This document shows positions 12,500 to 24,590 of a DNA stretch of 64,000 nt, piece by piece; the first letter of the stretch is position 1; every line of letters begins with the position of its first letter. The notes under the pieces were generated by a model. It did not search any database and was not told where the DNA came from. It saw nothing but the letters and a program-made list of their open reading frames with translations. The translations under genes and the position numbers were made by a program. This DNA comes from Haliotis rufescens (taxonomy: Eukaryota): assembly GCF_023055435.1 (NCBI RefSeq), contig NW_025964201.1:2542001-2606000 (forward strand), written 5' to 3'.

Positions 12500-12865
12500 T
12501 TGGTAGGTTATTGTATTTTGATGCGTTTTATTAGTTCCGTTTTTATTAAGAATACGCCTAAGGCCTTGAAGTTTTCTAGTTTATTTTGTGGGTTTAGTAT
12601 TGCTTCTAGAGTGAGAGCCTTGTTTAGATTGAGGGTGGTTTGTAATGCGGTTCGATGTGTTAGGTAGTGTGTGCAGTGGATGAGTGCGTGTTCTGGGGTT
12701 TCTGGTTGTTTGCAGTGTGGGCAGTTACCTGTAGTGTGTTTTTTAAAAAAAATGTATGTGGTTATTTAGGTTGGTGTGTCCTGTTTGGAGTTTAGTGATT
12801 ACTCTGTCGATTTTTTTTGATGGATGGATAATTTTTGGTTTGGTTAGTGGTTTGCTGAGCACTTT
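12500..12865 (-). mobile_element. LINE (I/Nimb-like) ORF2 C-terminal fragment
   Basis: Minus strand reads RVITKLQTGHTNLNNH..CPHCKQPETPEHALIHC, a CCHC knuckle preceded by the RLxxGH-type motif. Confidence 0.7.
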
Positions 12866-13044
12866 TTTCATGCTTCATGCATGCTTCAGAACGTGCAGAT
12901 ACATATAGGACAGTTTTGCATTTGTAAAAACATACACACAAGGGACCCCATTCAGTCCGTAACAGTACCAATTACACTCACAGCATGAAAACCAATTGTT
13001 GTTAATCCTAAAGTCTATAGCTATTATTTGGTTAACATACATTA

Positions 13045-13330
13045 AAATCAGATAGAAGTTCTCGCTATCGCCGAGGACATCCCATTACAGGTCACATAGA
13101 ACAATCTTCACAAACTATGACCGACCAATGAAATGACTAACAGGAAGTCGACATTAGACACTAAGAAAGCAGCTTTCTTAAGCTTTGTGGTACCAGTTTC
13201 AAACTGGCGACTTACATTCCAGACTATGCCTTTTAAAGTAATTTGAAGAGGTCGTACAGTACGTAACCGTTGTTTTGTGTTAAGCTTAAGAGATTGCATG
13301 ATTAGAAAACATATTCCGCTGACAATGTAA
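13045..13330. mobile_element. Partial copy of the MITE at 26787-27231
   Basis: Shares AAATCAGAT..AGTTCTCGCTA..GAGGACATCCCATT..GACCGACCAATG..AACTGGCGACT. Confidence 0.65.
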
Positions 13331-13770
13331 CATAACAATATGAATACTCTTTTTTTCATTTTTTTATTACGTGTTTGTATCGTTATCTACCGTGTAGGTG
13401 TCCGAGCTTCTCTCGAGGAACGTTAACACAACTTAAATTCGTGTGTCCGACATACTCGTTAATCCGACATAATCATAAGCAACTAACCATGTCGGATTAA
13501 CGGGACTTGGCTGTATTGTCTTCTAAACTGATAAACCGAATAATAAACGAGTGCAACAAGCAACAAGACTCCAGATGGATGAGTTCACACAAAGATCCTA
13601 CGTAAATGAAATCATCACCGGTATCTCCCAGCACCGGTAGCGACATGGATACAATTGCGTACATAAATGTGTAAATTTCCTTCTATGTAAAACAAGTTAA
13701 TAATATTACTAGGCATCTAAGGAACGCTATCAAACAAGGATTAGAGAAATTGTAAATCTACTATTCTGTT

Positions 13771-14311
13771 AAGTCTTTTGAAGGCATTTAGAAATGATAC
13801 ACTAAAAGGAAGAGAATTTATGGATGTCAACTTCTTTATTATGAGGAACACAATCTGCCTTGTGCTTGGAACTTATTGCTTTGATCTTGTTCGGTGCCTA
13901 TTATCTATCTGGCTTCCATTTGCCCTTTGCTATTTCCATTCGTTCACCTATCAGTGCTAATTACCCCCGGCCTCCCGTTTACCCATTGTCCATTGCCTAT
14001 TGTCTATTACCTATCAATGATAACTTAAGTACTGGCTTCCATACCATCAGCGCTAATTCCTGTAAAGTGTTGGCTTCCATTGTCTATTCCTAATCACCTA
14101 TCAGCGCCAATCATCTGTTGGCTTCCCTTTTTAGCTTCTACCCCTTGTTAGCTTCCATCTTTTGTAATCTTATTGATTTTGTTGTCCTTACATGTACATA
14201 TATATGCTCTCTGCCTCATGGCATTCTCTCACTTGATGAAGGAGTAAGCATGTACTCCGAAACGTTGTGTTCCTCATAATAAAGACGTTGACATCCATAA
14301 ATTCTCTTCCT
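13771..14311 (+). mobile_element. Penelope-like element terminal repeat (pLTR) with inverted tail segment
   Basis: 13806-13853 is the near-perfect reverse complement of 14265-14312; hammerhead-like core and AATAAA at the 3' end; candidate TSD TACTATTCTGTT (13759-13770) / TACTATTCCGTT (14312-14323). Confidence 0.7.
14230..14269 (+). ncRNA. Minimal type I hammerhead ribozyme-like motif (PLE-associated variant)
   Basis: CAC-UUGAUGA-A-GGAGUA-agcaug-UACUCC-GAAA-CGUU-GUG: stem II GGAGUA/UACUCC, stem I CAC/GUG, loopless palindromic stem III. Confidence 0.6.
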
Positions 14312-14574
14312 TACTATTCCGTTCTTCCTTTTACAGGAACATACGTGGGTGGTTCACTCAGTGGAACCGATACCGAAAGAAGTAATAGATGACTGATTTG
14401 AAAGGGCACAATTTAGTCTCCATTTATAAGTACAGCAATTCAAGAAACACACAGAGACCATGGATACATGCATCTGCCCCAGTACTATCAACTTCTGGTT
14501 GGACATCGACTACATCGTCTTGTATAAATACACATCCGTAACGAGGGATGTTCGTGTATTTTGCTGTGTCAGTC

Positions 14575-14730
14575 AATGTACTACAGTGATCTATATGCCG
14601 GTGGCCTGTAAACAATCGAGTCAGGAGAAGACAATCCAATGATCACTATCCACGTCATCGGGTAAGAAAGCCACGATGTCCACCAAGTCACCATCCCTGA
14701 CCACACGATCCAGTGATCTGGAGTAAGGTG
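14575..14730 (-). mobile_element. Family C repeat, diverged
   Basis: ACAATCCAATGATCA..CCAAGTCA..CCTGACCACACGATCC, similar to 27600-27861. Confidence 0.55.
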
Positions 14731-15737
14731 ATGTGATAACCCCACCCGAAGGTAACAGAATAGCATCGCGCATCACGGTGATGATGATTAATCCGACAAA
14801 CCCCCTTTCCTCAGCCACAGGAGTCCTTTGTACGACTGTATCATGCGCATCTGATTGGGAATCGCTTTCAAATAGCGATGACACCAGGTGTTCACGAGAG
14901 AGTTAGCGTATCCTAGCCGTCTGATGGCACCCGTTACAAACCTATGGTAACATGAGAACTATAGCCACCAAAGGTTGGAGCTACAGAACACTGCTCGACA
15001 TTTGAAGTCTTGTCACTGAAAACGGCAACACGTTTCATGTAGGGTGACATCTGACTGGAAAAGAATGGGTTTATTCCAATTCTGTGTCCTTTTTTCTGTT
15101 TGTGCATTCTACCAATAACAACACCACACAGTGAATTAATCCACGCACAAAAACATCAACAGGTTCCTCTTCTCTTTTGTTCCTTTTTTTGCATATGCCT
15201 CCAGAGCATCTGTAATAGTTTTAATTAGAATGTTGTGATCTCAACTGGTAGGTGGCTGCTCACGATATCTTGGTCCAGGCTTGATAGAGACGTCACCGGT
15301 GATTTTTGACCAAACGGTTGATTACGGAATGATGGCAGCCTCAAGTTGTTGAATTTACATCATGAGCTGCCCAGTCCGCGTTCTGCAACGGACTTTCCTG
15401 TAATTGAACACGAATTCAAATTCAAGAACATGCGGTCTTTCTTTGATTTATTGGAGTCAGTTTCTGGTTTGTCAAAACGTGTCAAAACAATATCAAGAAC
15501 TATTCCACCTGGTCGATACTATTGGCCCTTCCTATTTGTGGACCCACCCACCAGCAAAGGTTGCTGGAGTTGTTGGATTTCTTTCAAGGACACAGAATAT
15601 AAGTGACGTGTCATCTTTAGTAAAGGTCCAGCAAGTGGTCAACGTCTGAGACCTGCATAAACTTAATGTCAGAAAAACGTCTTTTAACCTATCCCCCCAT
15701 CGCTGGGTAAAGTGTGGAGATGTGGATGCATTGCTTC

Positions 15738-18700
15738 TCAACATTCTGTGTTACCGCGTATGTACATATGCCCCCCCTCCAGGTGGTCGGAGATGTTGGT
15801 GTAGATGTTGTTGCTGCCATTGGTGTAAGTGTGGCTGCCGGTGTGACTGCCGGTGTGACTGCCGGTGTTACCGCCGTTGTTGCTGTCGGCGCTGCTTACA
15901 GTGTTGTTGCAGATGTTGGTGTCGGAGTCAGGACGCCCATCTGGGTCCGATGACTCGGAGATGTCACATGGTTCCAGTACATGGTCCACCCCGTGATCAT
16001 AGTAGGTATAAGTGGCATCTGTTTCAGCTCCGTTAGTTTTTCTTCTGCGTTTTACTATTTTGCTGAAAGAGAAGACAACATCTTTGAAATGTGACGTATA
16101 TTGGACATATGAATTATAAATATGTCATATAAATAACAACTAAGTTGAAAATATGATATAATGTTCATATGTCGTGCTTTCTACTTGCTGTTATGTCCCT
16201 GTTCCTGGACGAGTACATCACGATATCACTCACCAACAGACTACACTCAGAACAAACACAACAGCACCAACAGCACATGCCACAATCAGTGTCATCTTGG
16301 TCTTCCCTGAAAGATACAGATGCGGATAATTATTACGAAAAGTGGTTTTTCAATCAGACAATTTTCTTCAGATGTGGATCGTCTTTTTTTGGACTCTCCA
16401 TGCTACTGTGCGCACCTTGTGTATGTAGGGGGGCAATGTGTGGGGACGACGTAGTGGGGGGAGGTGATGTCGGTGATGTCGGCCCTGTACCTCCGTTGCA
16501 CGTGACTGTCAGGTTGGACACACCTGGAACATCAATCAGCGGAATCATTGCTTTGTATCTGCTTTTTAAAGGAAAATGAAAAACCCATAAAAATCTGTTT
16601 TCCGAGACACCTGAACGTACCTCTGACCTTCAGCCACACCTGTTGACCTTGCTTCCCATATGTTTGAAACGTCACCGTAAAACGTGAAACATTTTCCATC
16701 ACTGGCGTATTGTATACAAAATATCTGTGTGAGAGAGATTGCCAGATAGAGTTGTCTCCCTTCAGTGTTATGTTAGCTCTGACGCCGTCACGATGTCTGA
16801 AGAACAGTTCTAGTATCGTCACCGTCATTGACGTCCCTGTCACGTCACACTGACACGTGTTATATGAGTTCTGTGATTCGTATGGGTAATTGGAAGATGA
16901 AAGATACAGAGTAGAGTCTTCCGTGGAGGAGGTTGTGGTGCAGCTGCAGATATCTATGGGCGATTCTGTAAATATACAACCCGTCCATTTCAATCAGCGT
17001 ATCTCATGCAAACTAAACCAACGTGTCATGTTATTTGTAATATTTCCAAAAAATAATGGACATTAAATATTGGAATGAAGAGGTTGAAGAGTATTTCAGA
17101 TTTATCACAGCATGTCTGTTTGATGTGAGAGGTGAGGTGAGGTGGGGTGGGGTTTAACGTCGCGTTCAACATTATTTCAGTTTCGACGTGTGTCTGTGTC
17201 TGTGTGGCTGATTTAATAGTGCTACTCCACTGAGATACCACGCAGAAGTCTAACATGGATACTCCACTCAGATGAAGTTTTCTCCAATCCGACATGTATT
17301 TGTTTCATCTCCTTAATGCCGAACACCCACCAAGGTAACAACAAGTATCATCTTTGTTCTGTACCATCAACGTCTTTTGGAATGACACTACTAGCGGATC
17401 GAACCACCGACCTTCTACTCTCCGGACAGACGCTCTAGACTAGTTCACGGAGGAGAGCCTGATGTCGAAAAGAAAATTAACAAGAATATGATCCAGTATC
17501 TCAATAAGTGTAAATCTTACGAAGCAACGATCAACGGATTCTGGAAATACTATGAGACTCAGCACGTACACTCGAGGCGCTTTTAGACCGGGAGGTCGCC
17601 CTTCCCACCCAATAGATATAGGATGGTCATGTATCACTCATATGAAACATTTTATCTTGGTTATTCGTGTATTGATGTTTGAAAACTACCAACCGTTGAT
17701 ACACTGGTATGATAATGTCACCGTATATGACGTCGTATTTCCACACTTGTGAGTCAGCCAGAAGCTCCAGATGTCGTGGTGGCAGACCGACACTCCGACG
17801 CAGTTTGTTGTCAGCCCTTGTTTCTGAGTCTCCTGCAGATATTCACACGTGTCATCTTGTGTGACACATCCTGGTGACGTCTTCCTGTACAGGACGCGGA
17901 CCAGACGGATCCTGCCAGGGTGCCCGCACTCAAGCCTCACAGACCCGCGGGGCAGGTTGCTGCAGACCTCCTTCACCTCGACAGACCCAACTGCAATGTA
18001 AATTGAGATTATTTAGACCTGCTACACCTGGACAGGCCTACCTGCAATCTGAAGTGAGGTTATATAGACCTCCTTCACCTGGACAGATCCACATGCAATG
18101 TGAAGTGAGGTTATATAGAACTCCTTCACCTGGACAGACCCACTTGCAATGTGAAGTGAGGTTATATAGACCGCCTTCACCTGGACAGACCCACTTGCAA
18201 CGTGAAGTGAGGTTATATAGACCGTCTTTACCTGGACAGACCCACCTGCAATGTGAGGTGAGGTTATATAGACATTCTTCACCTGGACAGACCCACCTGC
18301 AATGTGAAGTGAGGTTATATAAACCTCCTTCACCTGGACGGACCCACCTGCAATGTGAAGTGAGGTTATATAGACCTCTTTCACCTGGACAGATCCACAT
18401 GCAATGTGAAGTGAGGTTATATAGACCTCCTTCCCCAAGACCGACCCACCTGCAATGTGAAGTGAGGTTATATAGACCTCCTTAACCTCGACAGACCCAC
18501 CTGCAATGTGAAGTGGGGTTATATAGACCTTCTTCACCTGGACAGATCCAACTGCAATGTGAAGTGAGGTTATATAGACCTCCTTCACCTGGACAGACCC
18601 ACCTGCAATGTGAAGTGAGGTTATATAAACCTCCTTCACCTGGACAGACCCACCTGCAATGTGAAGTGAGGTTATATAGACCTCCTTCACTTGGACACCT

Positions 18701-19387
18701 TAACGCTGTCAGCACGATGCGATGCAACGACATAATTGCACGCGCATATGATACATAAGATTAATTAATACCGTATATGTTACGATTCCAATATAGTGTA
18801 ATGCTAAATTGAAAGAACACATGCAAGCATTTTAATTTCTCAATCAAGAAAGATCAGTATTTTTAAAGAATTAAACGTAATATTGCAAAAAGGCAAATAC
18901 CAGAGTGGAAAACTATGATGGCTAACGTTCAAAACACAAGCCATGTGTGACATACGCCGTAAAATACCATCACTGTGAACATCACGGCTGGTGTTGCACT
19001 CAGCGAATCTTCTACTTGACATTTCAATAATGAGCCATTGTAATACATGAGTATGTACAGAAATGCGTCTACATGAGAAATATGCTGAAACTCATCGTCT
19101 GTGTTGTACAAGTGGCATATTATGTCACTAATCAACACGAGATACATACCGATTCGTAGTGGTCTATATCATAACTTCGAGCTGAATTGAGATAACAGGT
19201 TTGGCACTTTCTCTGTTAAATATCACAACTCGGGGTCACTGAAGACTAATGTCAAATTGTAGTGCCATCCATAAAAGATTCAATGACATCACACAGAAGA
19301 CACCTGTTCGTCAATCTGCAACTCACCTGCCACGAAACATCTGATGTAGCCCAGGATGAACAGAGTCTTCGCCCACAGTAGATGCAT
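15738..19387 (-). CDS. Gene 2: SUEL-lectin-like + CUB-like single-pass receptor (~402 aa; 6 coding exons: 19387-19327, 17990-17694, 16965-16621, 16523-16416, 16306-16234, 16062-15738)
   Basis: In-frame GT-AG joins (phases 1,1,1,1,2; 1209 nt). Signal peptide MHLLWAKTLFILGYIRCFVA, SUEL-like VCSN..LECGHPGRIRLVRVLYRK..VTLSYQC, CUB-like LYLSSSNYP..TCQCDV..VWLKV, P/T-rich stalk, TM MTLIVACAVGAVVFVLSVVCC followed by the basic stop-transfer KIVKRRRK, and tail with YTYY, YTNG, IYTNI. Confidence 0.85.
17129..17437 (-). mobile_element. SINE family B
   Basis: Similar to 988-1316; (CCTCA)n tail. Confidence 0.75.
17965..18698. repeat. 51-bp minisatellite (~14 units) derived from the gene 2 intron 1/exon 2 junction
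   Basis: The minus-strand unit TATATAACCTCACTTCACATTGCAG|GTGGGTCTGTCCAGGTGAAGGAGGTC matches the real acceptor TTTACATTGCAG|TTGGGTCTGTCGAGGTGAAGGAGGTC at 17990. Confidence 0.9.
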
Positions 19388-19623
19388 GTTGACCTGTCCA
19401 GCTGGCGTTTACATGGCAAGTCTGTCCGTACTACAGTGGAGATCTCACTGGGCCGCCCACAGTAGATGCATGTTTCCCTGTCCAGGTGGCGTTTACATGG
19501 CAAGTCTGTCTGTACTACAGAGGAGGTCTCACTGGGCCGCCCACAGTAGATGCATGTTGGGCTGTCCAGCTGACGTTTACATGGCAAGTCTGTCCGTACT
19601 ACAGAGGAGGTCTCACTGGGCCG
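19370..19623. repeat. 84-bp x3 tandem repeat including the gene 2 start codon
   Basis: Units start at 19370, 19454 and 19538; each carries ACATGCATCTACTGTGGGCG on the minus strand. Confidence 0.9.
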
Positions 19624-20449
19624 AGCAGGGTGGATCTCACTGGAGCTGTGACATGAAAGGTGGAAGTATAAAGTCGCCCATAGCGCCGCTGATTCACTTC
19701 TACCCATTTGTTCCCATGATCTGAATAGAGGTGTTTCGTGTGTTGTTAACAGAGAATGCACACACCCCAGTCAATAGGTTGTGATTAGCATAACACAGAA
19801 GTTTCAGTCATACACGGTGATTCTGCCACACCAAGTTTAATATGCACTATACCTTCACATGGGCGGCGAGCCAAGGTCTTGATTCGATTCTCACTCATTA
19901 TGTACACAGCATGTACACCGACGTAGAGAACTCGTCCATCGAATAACTCATAAATCGTTTCTTAATCTTATACGTTTCATCTCCTTGTAAAATAGTATAC
20001 AGTAAGCGTGCTGTGAACCTACCGATACACAACATTTGTGTTGCAGTTGATTTGCAGTCTAAATGCGTTAAGTTATTACAACACAGACACACCAAAGACA
20101 AATAAAGGCGACAAATTCCCACCCATAATCCTTAGAAATTTCTACTAAAAGCAGAGTCAATCGAACGATTCCACCGATTGGCTATTTCAGATTACAGAAT
20201 GATGTCAGATCTTCAATATACCTGAAGCCTAAGTCACACTTGTTTTCAGGATGTCGTACAGTCAGCCCGTGATATTCTATAACCTGGGATTGTATTGAAA
20301 TATAATTTGTTCTGGAAAATAGTAGAAAAAACAATAAAGCTATTAGGTTTTAGCAGATATTTCAGATATGGAAGCCAGTATTAGGATGAGAAGGATTAAG
20401 ATATAAGGACAATGGAAATGATGTCAAACTTGGTTTGTGATTGTTTTAT

Positions 20450-20592
20450 GTTTGTGGCTGGTTGGGGTCTGTTGATGTTGGTGGCTGGTTGGAGTCTGTT
20501 GATGTTGGTGGCTGGTTGGAGTCTGTTGATGTTGGTGGCTGGTTGGAGTCTGTTGATGTTGGTGGCTGGTTGGAGTCTATTGATGTTGGTGG
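20450..20592. repeat. 27-bp minisatellite (~5 units)
   Basis: GTTGGTGGCTGGTTGGAGTCTGTTGAT in tandem. Confidence 0.9.
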
Positions 20593-21640
20593 ACGGTTGC
20601 ACCTCCGAAATCGCTTCCTGACAGTGACGTCATCGTCGACAAATGCCTTAGGTCACAGGGTTAGTCGACAGGAGACTCAGGGCTCATGGAATCAGGGCTT
20701 TTAGATCATACAGAGGACAGCTATTGACAGCGCAACATCGTCGTCTGCGATTGAGATGGGCCCGGACTGTACGACGTTGGCAACGACGTGACTGGCAGAG
20801 GGTTGTCTTCACTGACGAAAGTCGATTCTGTATGTTTAGGGCTGATGGAAGACAACGTGTTTACCGCCGAAGGGGTGAACGAACGGCGGGGTGTTGCGTG
20901 CAGGAGGTCGTACCATATGGTGGAGGGAGTGTCATGGTGTGGGGAGGGATCTGTAGGCAGGAGAGGACACCGCTGGTCATCGTTAACGGAAACGTGACAG
21001 CTCAGCGTTACATGGATAACATTCTTCGTCCAGTTGTCCTACCATTTCTCCAACAGCAGCCACGTGGTGTCATTTATCAGCATGACAACGCTAGAGCCCA
21101 TACAGCCAGAATTGTCACTAACTTCCTCGCAGCCAACAACGTCAATGTCCTGCCGTGCCCTGCACGCTCACCCGACATGTCCCCCATAGAACACCTCTGG
21201 GACTTGATGGATCGTCGCGTTCGACAATGACACCACTCTCCAGCCAACCGGCAAGAACTGATGTTGGCCCTCCAAGAAGAATGGCGTCAAATCCCACGTG
21301 ATCTCATCAGACGACTGACTTTTTCTGTGCGTCGAAGAGTTTTTGCGTGTATTGAGGCATTTGGTGGTCACACACGCTACTAATGACTTGTTATTCAACG
21401 TGAGCGATTGTTTATGTACTCTGCCTATTGTCAATGATTCTTAAAGCTCGAGTTTTGTACCACACCCAACTTTGGGGGGCTCTGACGTCATTCTCGGTCG
21501 CGGTATGATTGTCATTTTCAGTGTTGATTATGTTGATATATTGATCTTCTCAATACATTTCACTTCATGCAAGTATGTTTTGTTGTTTTCGAGCAAGAAT
21601 GATTACAAACTCTGGTAAAGTTTCTTTTGGACGTCAGTTT
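20593..21640 (+). mobile_element. 5'-truncated Tc1-family transposon, DD34E pseudogene
   Basis: ORF 20724-21230 has FTDESRF, GGGSVMVWGGI, QHDNARAH and SPDMSPIEHLW, then a premature stop; right TIR TGGTAAAGTTTCTTTTGGACGTCAGT. Confidence 0.88.
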
Positions 21641-21759
21641 ACATGACTATATACAATGAAATCTTGTCATACAGTGCTAATGAATACACAATTTACAAGA
21701 TACAATTTGTGAGCAGTAAGGTATACATGCATGTGTCTAGTAGATATACATAAGGTATT

Positions 21760-22720
21760 TCTTCAAATTCCATATAATGTGGCCGAAAGACCACGTATGA
21801 TAATCAATTTCGTAAGTTACGTCATGAACATCTGCCCCGATAAAGAATGCAAGCATATCTATTTTCACAGATACATCAACATCAAGTTGATTAATCAGAC
21901 ATGAGACAAAATGTCATCAGACAAAAAATATTCACAATGTAAAAAAATATGGCAATCATAGTAATAGCAATGTCTATTACAATGGTTACATTCTTTCGAC
22001 ACCTTTGCTCTTGATGCGATTTCAATACAAAGTTGCAGGGTTTGTCTTAAATGTGGATAGAGATGTATTACATTATAAAGAACATGCTATTGTAACCGTT
22101 TATGAATGTTATGGTACCGTGAAAGAGTTGGTACCTGTGTTCGTCTTTTCGTGAAATGTTTTGTTCAATCTCTGATAGATGTCTGATTCCAAGACCTCGA
22201 CAAGTTATTTTATTTGGGAATGAACCCCAATCAGTATGCTCTTTGATATAGTTATCTAAATGATTTTTTTCAGAAGTATATAGGAGGATGCTGCATATGC
22301 TTACTGGACAGCTAATAGTGACAATAGCGTTGGTAGCAAAGTGAGCACAAAATGGTTGCTTTGTTATTGTGTTAACATCGTTATTACAGAGCCTTCCTAA
22401 TAATTGTAATCTACATTTATCTATGAAGCCATTCATTGACTACATTCCAAGGTAGCGTTGTGTAGATTCAGCCATTTCAAGTTCTTTACCGTATAAGGCT
22501 GGTAACAATGCACACCCATAAAAGCTTGTAGAGAGAATAATTCTTTTCCATATATTGACACACACACAGCCGGGTGGAGATCGGATTCGTTAAGGCCGAG
22601 TGATCGTAAAGAATTAACAGATCTCCTTGCTTTTGAGCAACACGTCATGACTGTTTCTAATAATTCCGACATATTTGACAGAGTTCGAGCTGTCAATTGT
22701 AGCATCGCCAAACTTGTAGC
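21760..22720 (-). mobile_element. Degenerate LINE ORF2 3' fragment
   Basis: Frameshifted ORFs (SLRSLGLNESDLHPAVCVSIY.., FIDKCRLQLLGRLCN) resemble the post-RT region of invertebrate LINEs. Confidence 0.55.
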
Positions 22721-22839
22721 TTACTTTAGTATGAAACTGGCGTGTTTGACAAGTGATTTACTCTGACATGCATTATTGGTGAGTCGGCATATGTTGACAT
22801 ATAAACGATCTGAAGAGGATCAAGTGAAGACAGTAACAT

Positions 22840-23395
22840 TGATAACGATCACACCGGTACTTTAGCATACCAATAACGATCACACCGGTACTTTAGCATA
22901 CCAATAACGATCACACCGGTACTGCAGCATACCAATAACGATCACACCGGTACTGCAGCATACCAATAACGATCACACCGGTACTGCAGCATACCAATAA
23001 CGATCACACTGGTACTGCAGCATACCAATAACGATCACACTGGTACTGCAGCATGCCGATAACGATCACACTGGTACTGCAGCATACCAATAACGATCAC
23101 ACTGGTACTTTAGCATACCGATAACGATCACACCGGTACTGCATCATACCGATAACGATCACACCGGTACTGCAGCATACCAATAACGATCACACTGGTA
23201 CTTTAGCATACCAATAACGATCACACTGGTACTTTAGCACACCAATAACGATCACACTGGTACTTTAGCATACCAATAACGATCACACCGGTACTGCAGC
23301 ATACTTATAACAATCACACCGGTACTGCAGCATACTGATAACAATCACGCTGTTACTTCAGCATATTCATTATAACGATTACACAGTTATTTCAG
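22840..23395. repeat. 31-bp minisatellite (~17 units)
   Basis: ATAACGATCACACCGGTACTGCAGCATACCA in tandem. Confidence 0.92.
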
Positions 23396-24370
23396 CTCAT
23401 TTTATCTAATCCCTCACTCAGCCGTGCCAATTTACACTTGTCAGAGGGGTACATAAAGTACGTGATCTAGACTTCCAGTTATCAGACTTTCATTTTGTGG
23501 AAGCCTCGGTGGCTGAGTGGGTTAGATCGCTGACTTTGTGTGCTGGCGATTAGGTGCCTACTATGGCAGTGTGGGACTCAACCCACATAAGTGCTGGAAT
23601 CTGTACTTTAAGGAGAAAGTGTCATCCCAATACAACTTTTGTTACATGTGACAACTTTCTAAATTACATTGTGTATTCCATATCTCGATGTGTTATTGTT
23701 TCAGAAAATGTGGGAACCTTTTTAGGGTAACACTTCAATGTCCTTTGTATATTCCAATATGGTTGCGACTTTTCATTACGCCCGTGATTGTGTGAATGTG
23801 TGAATGTGTCTGGGTTCTGTAGCAGTTACAGTTATACTTTCATTCATTAATCTGATCCCGTAAAACTTCGTTTCAAATATAATAACACACAAGATCATAA
23901 GTATTTCTAAAATCTAGAATTCAACTTATTCTAGTTCATTTCATTTTATCCACCGAGCTTGGTGTACATATCCAAGTGTCATGACGACATGAAGTCAGTG
24001 TCATGATGGTCACTTGACCGGAAGTAGTATTGAAGGACTGTGACCTTCATCTCAGTTCCGGTAACGTGACATATGCACGTGGTCTTCGTCTCTTGTGTAC
24101 CGGCGCCAAGTGGCTAGTCTGATGAGCCAAGCTGCAGGGTCATGTCAGTCCCCGGAGGAAGGACCGTCCAGCTGCAGACATAAACAGTCGCATCTGACAC
24201 CGCGGAGAACCAGCAGATCGTGCATGGGAGGGTTGTGGTTCTCACGTTTGAGCATCACACATGGACGGTATGCCCTGGGAGGAACGTCTTTATCCATCAT
24301 TTCAGTTGGCTACCGTTTGTCACAGAGTGTGGCACCGCAAGTAGCATCTCTAGTGCCCCGCACGCGGGAA

Positions 24371-24590
24371 TGAGTGAGTATGGTTTTACGCCGCTTTTTG
24401 CAATATTCCAGCAATATAACGGCGAGGGACACCAGAAATGAGTTTCATACAATGTATTTTAGGTCACGTTCTGGTTACCTGACGTTGAACAGTTTGGGAG
24501 TGGGGTGAGGTGGGGTTTGACGTCGCGTTGAAGATTATTGCACATATATGCTGTCTCCGGACAGACGCTCTATCCACTCGACCACGGAGG
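24371..24590 (-). mobile_element. Adjacent SINE fragments (family A 3' part; family B internally deleted)
   Basis: 24371-24455 matches the family A tail; 24500-24590 joins the family B tail directly to its head. Confidence 0.65.
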
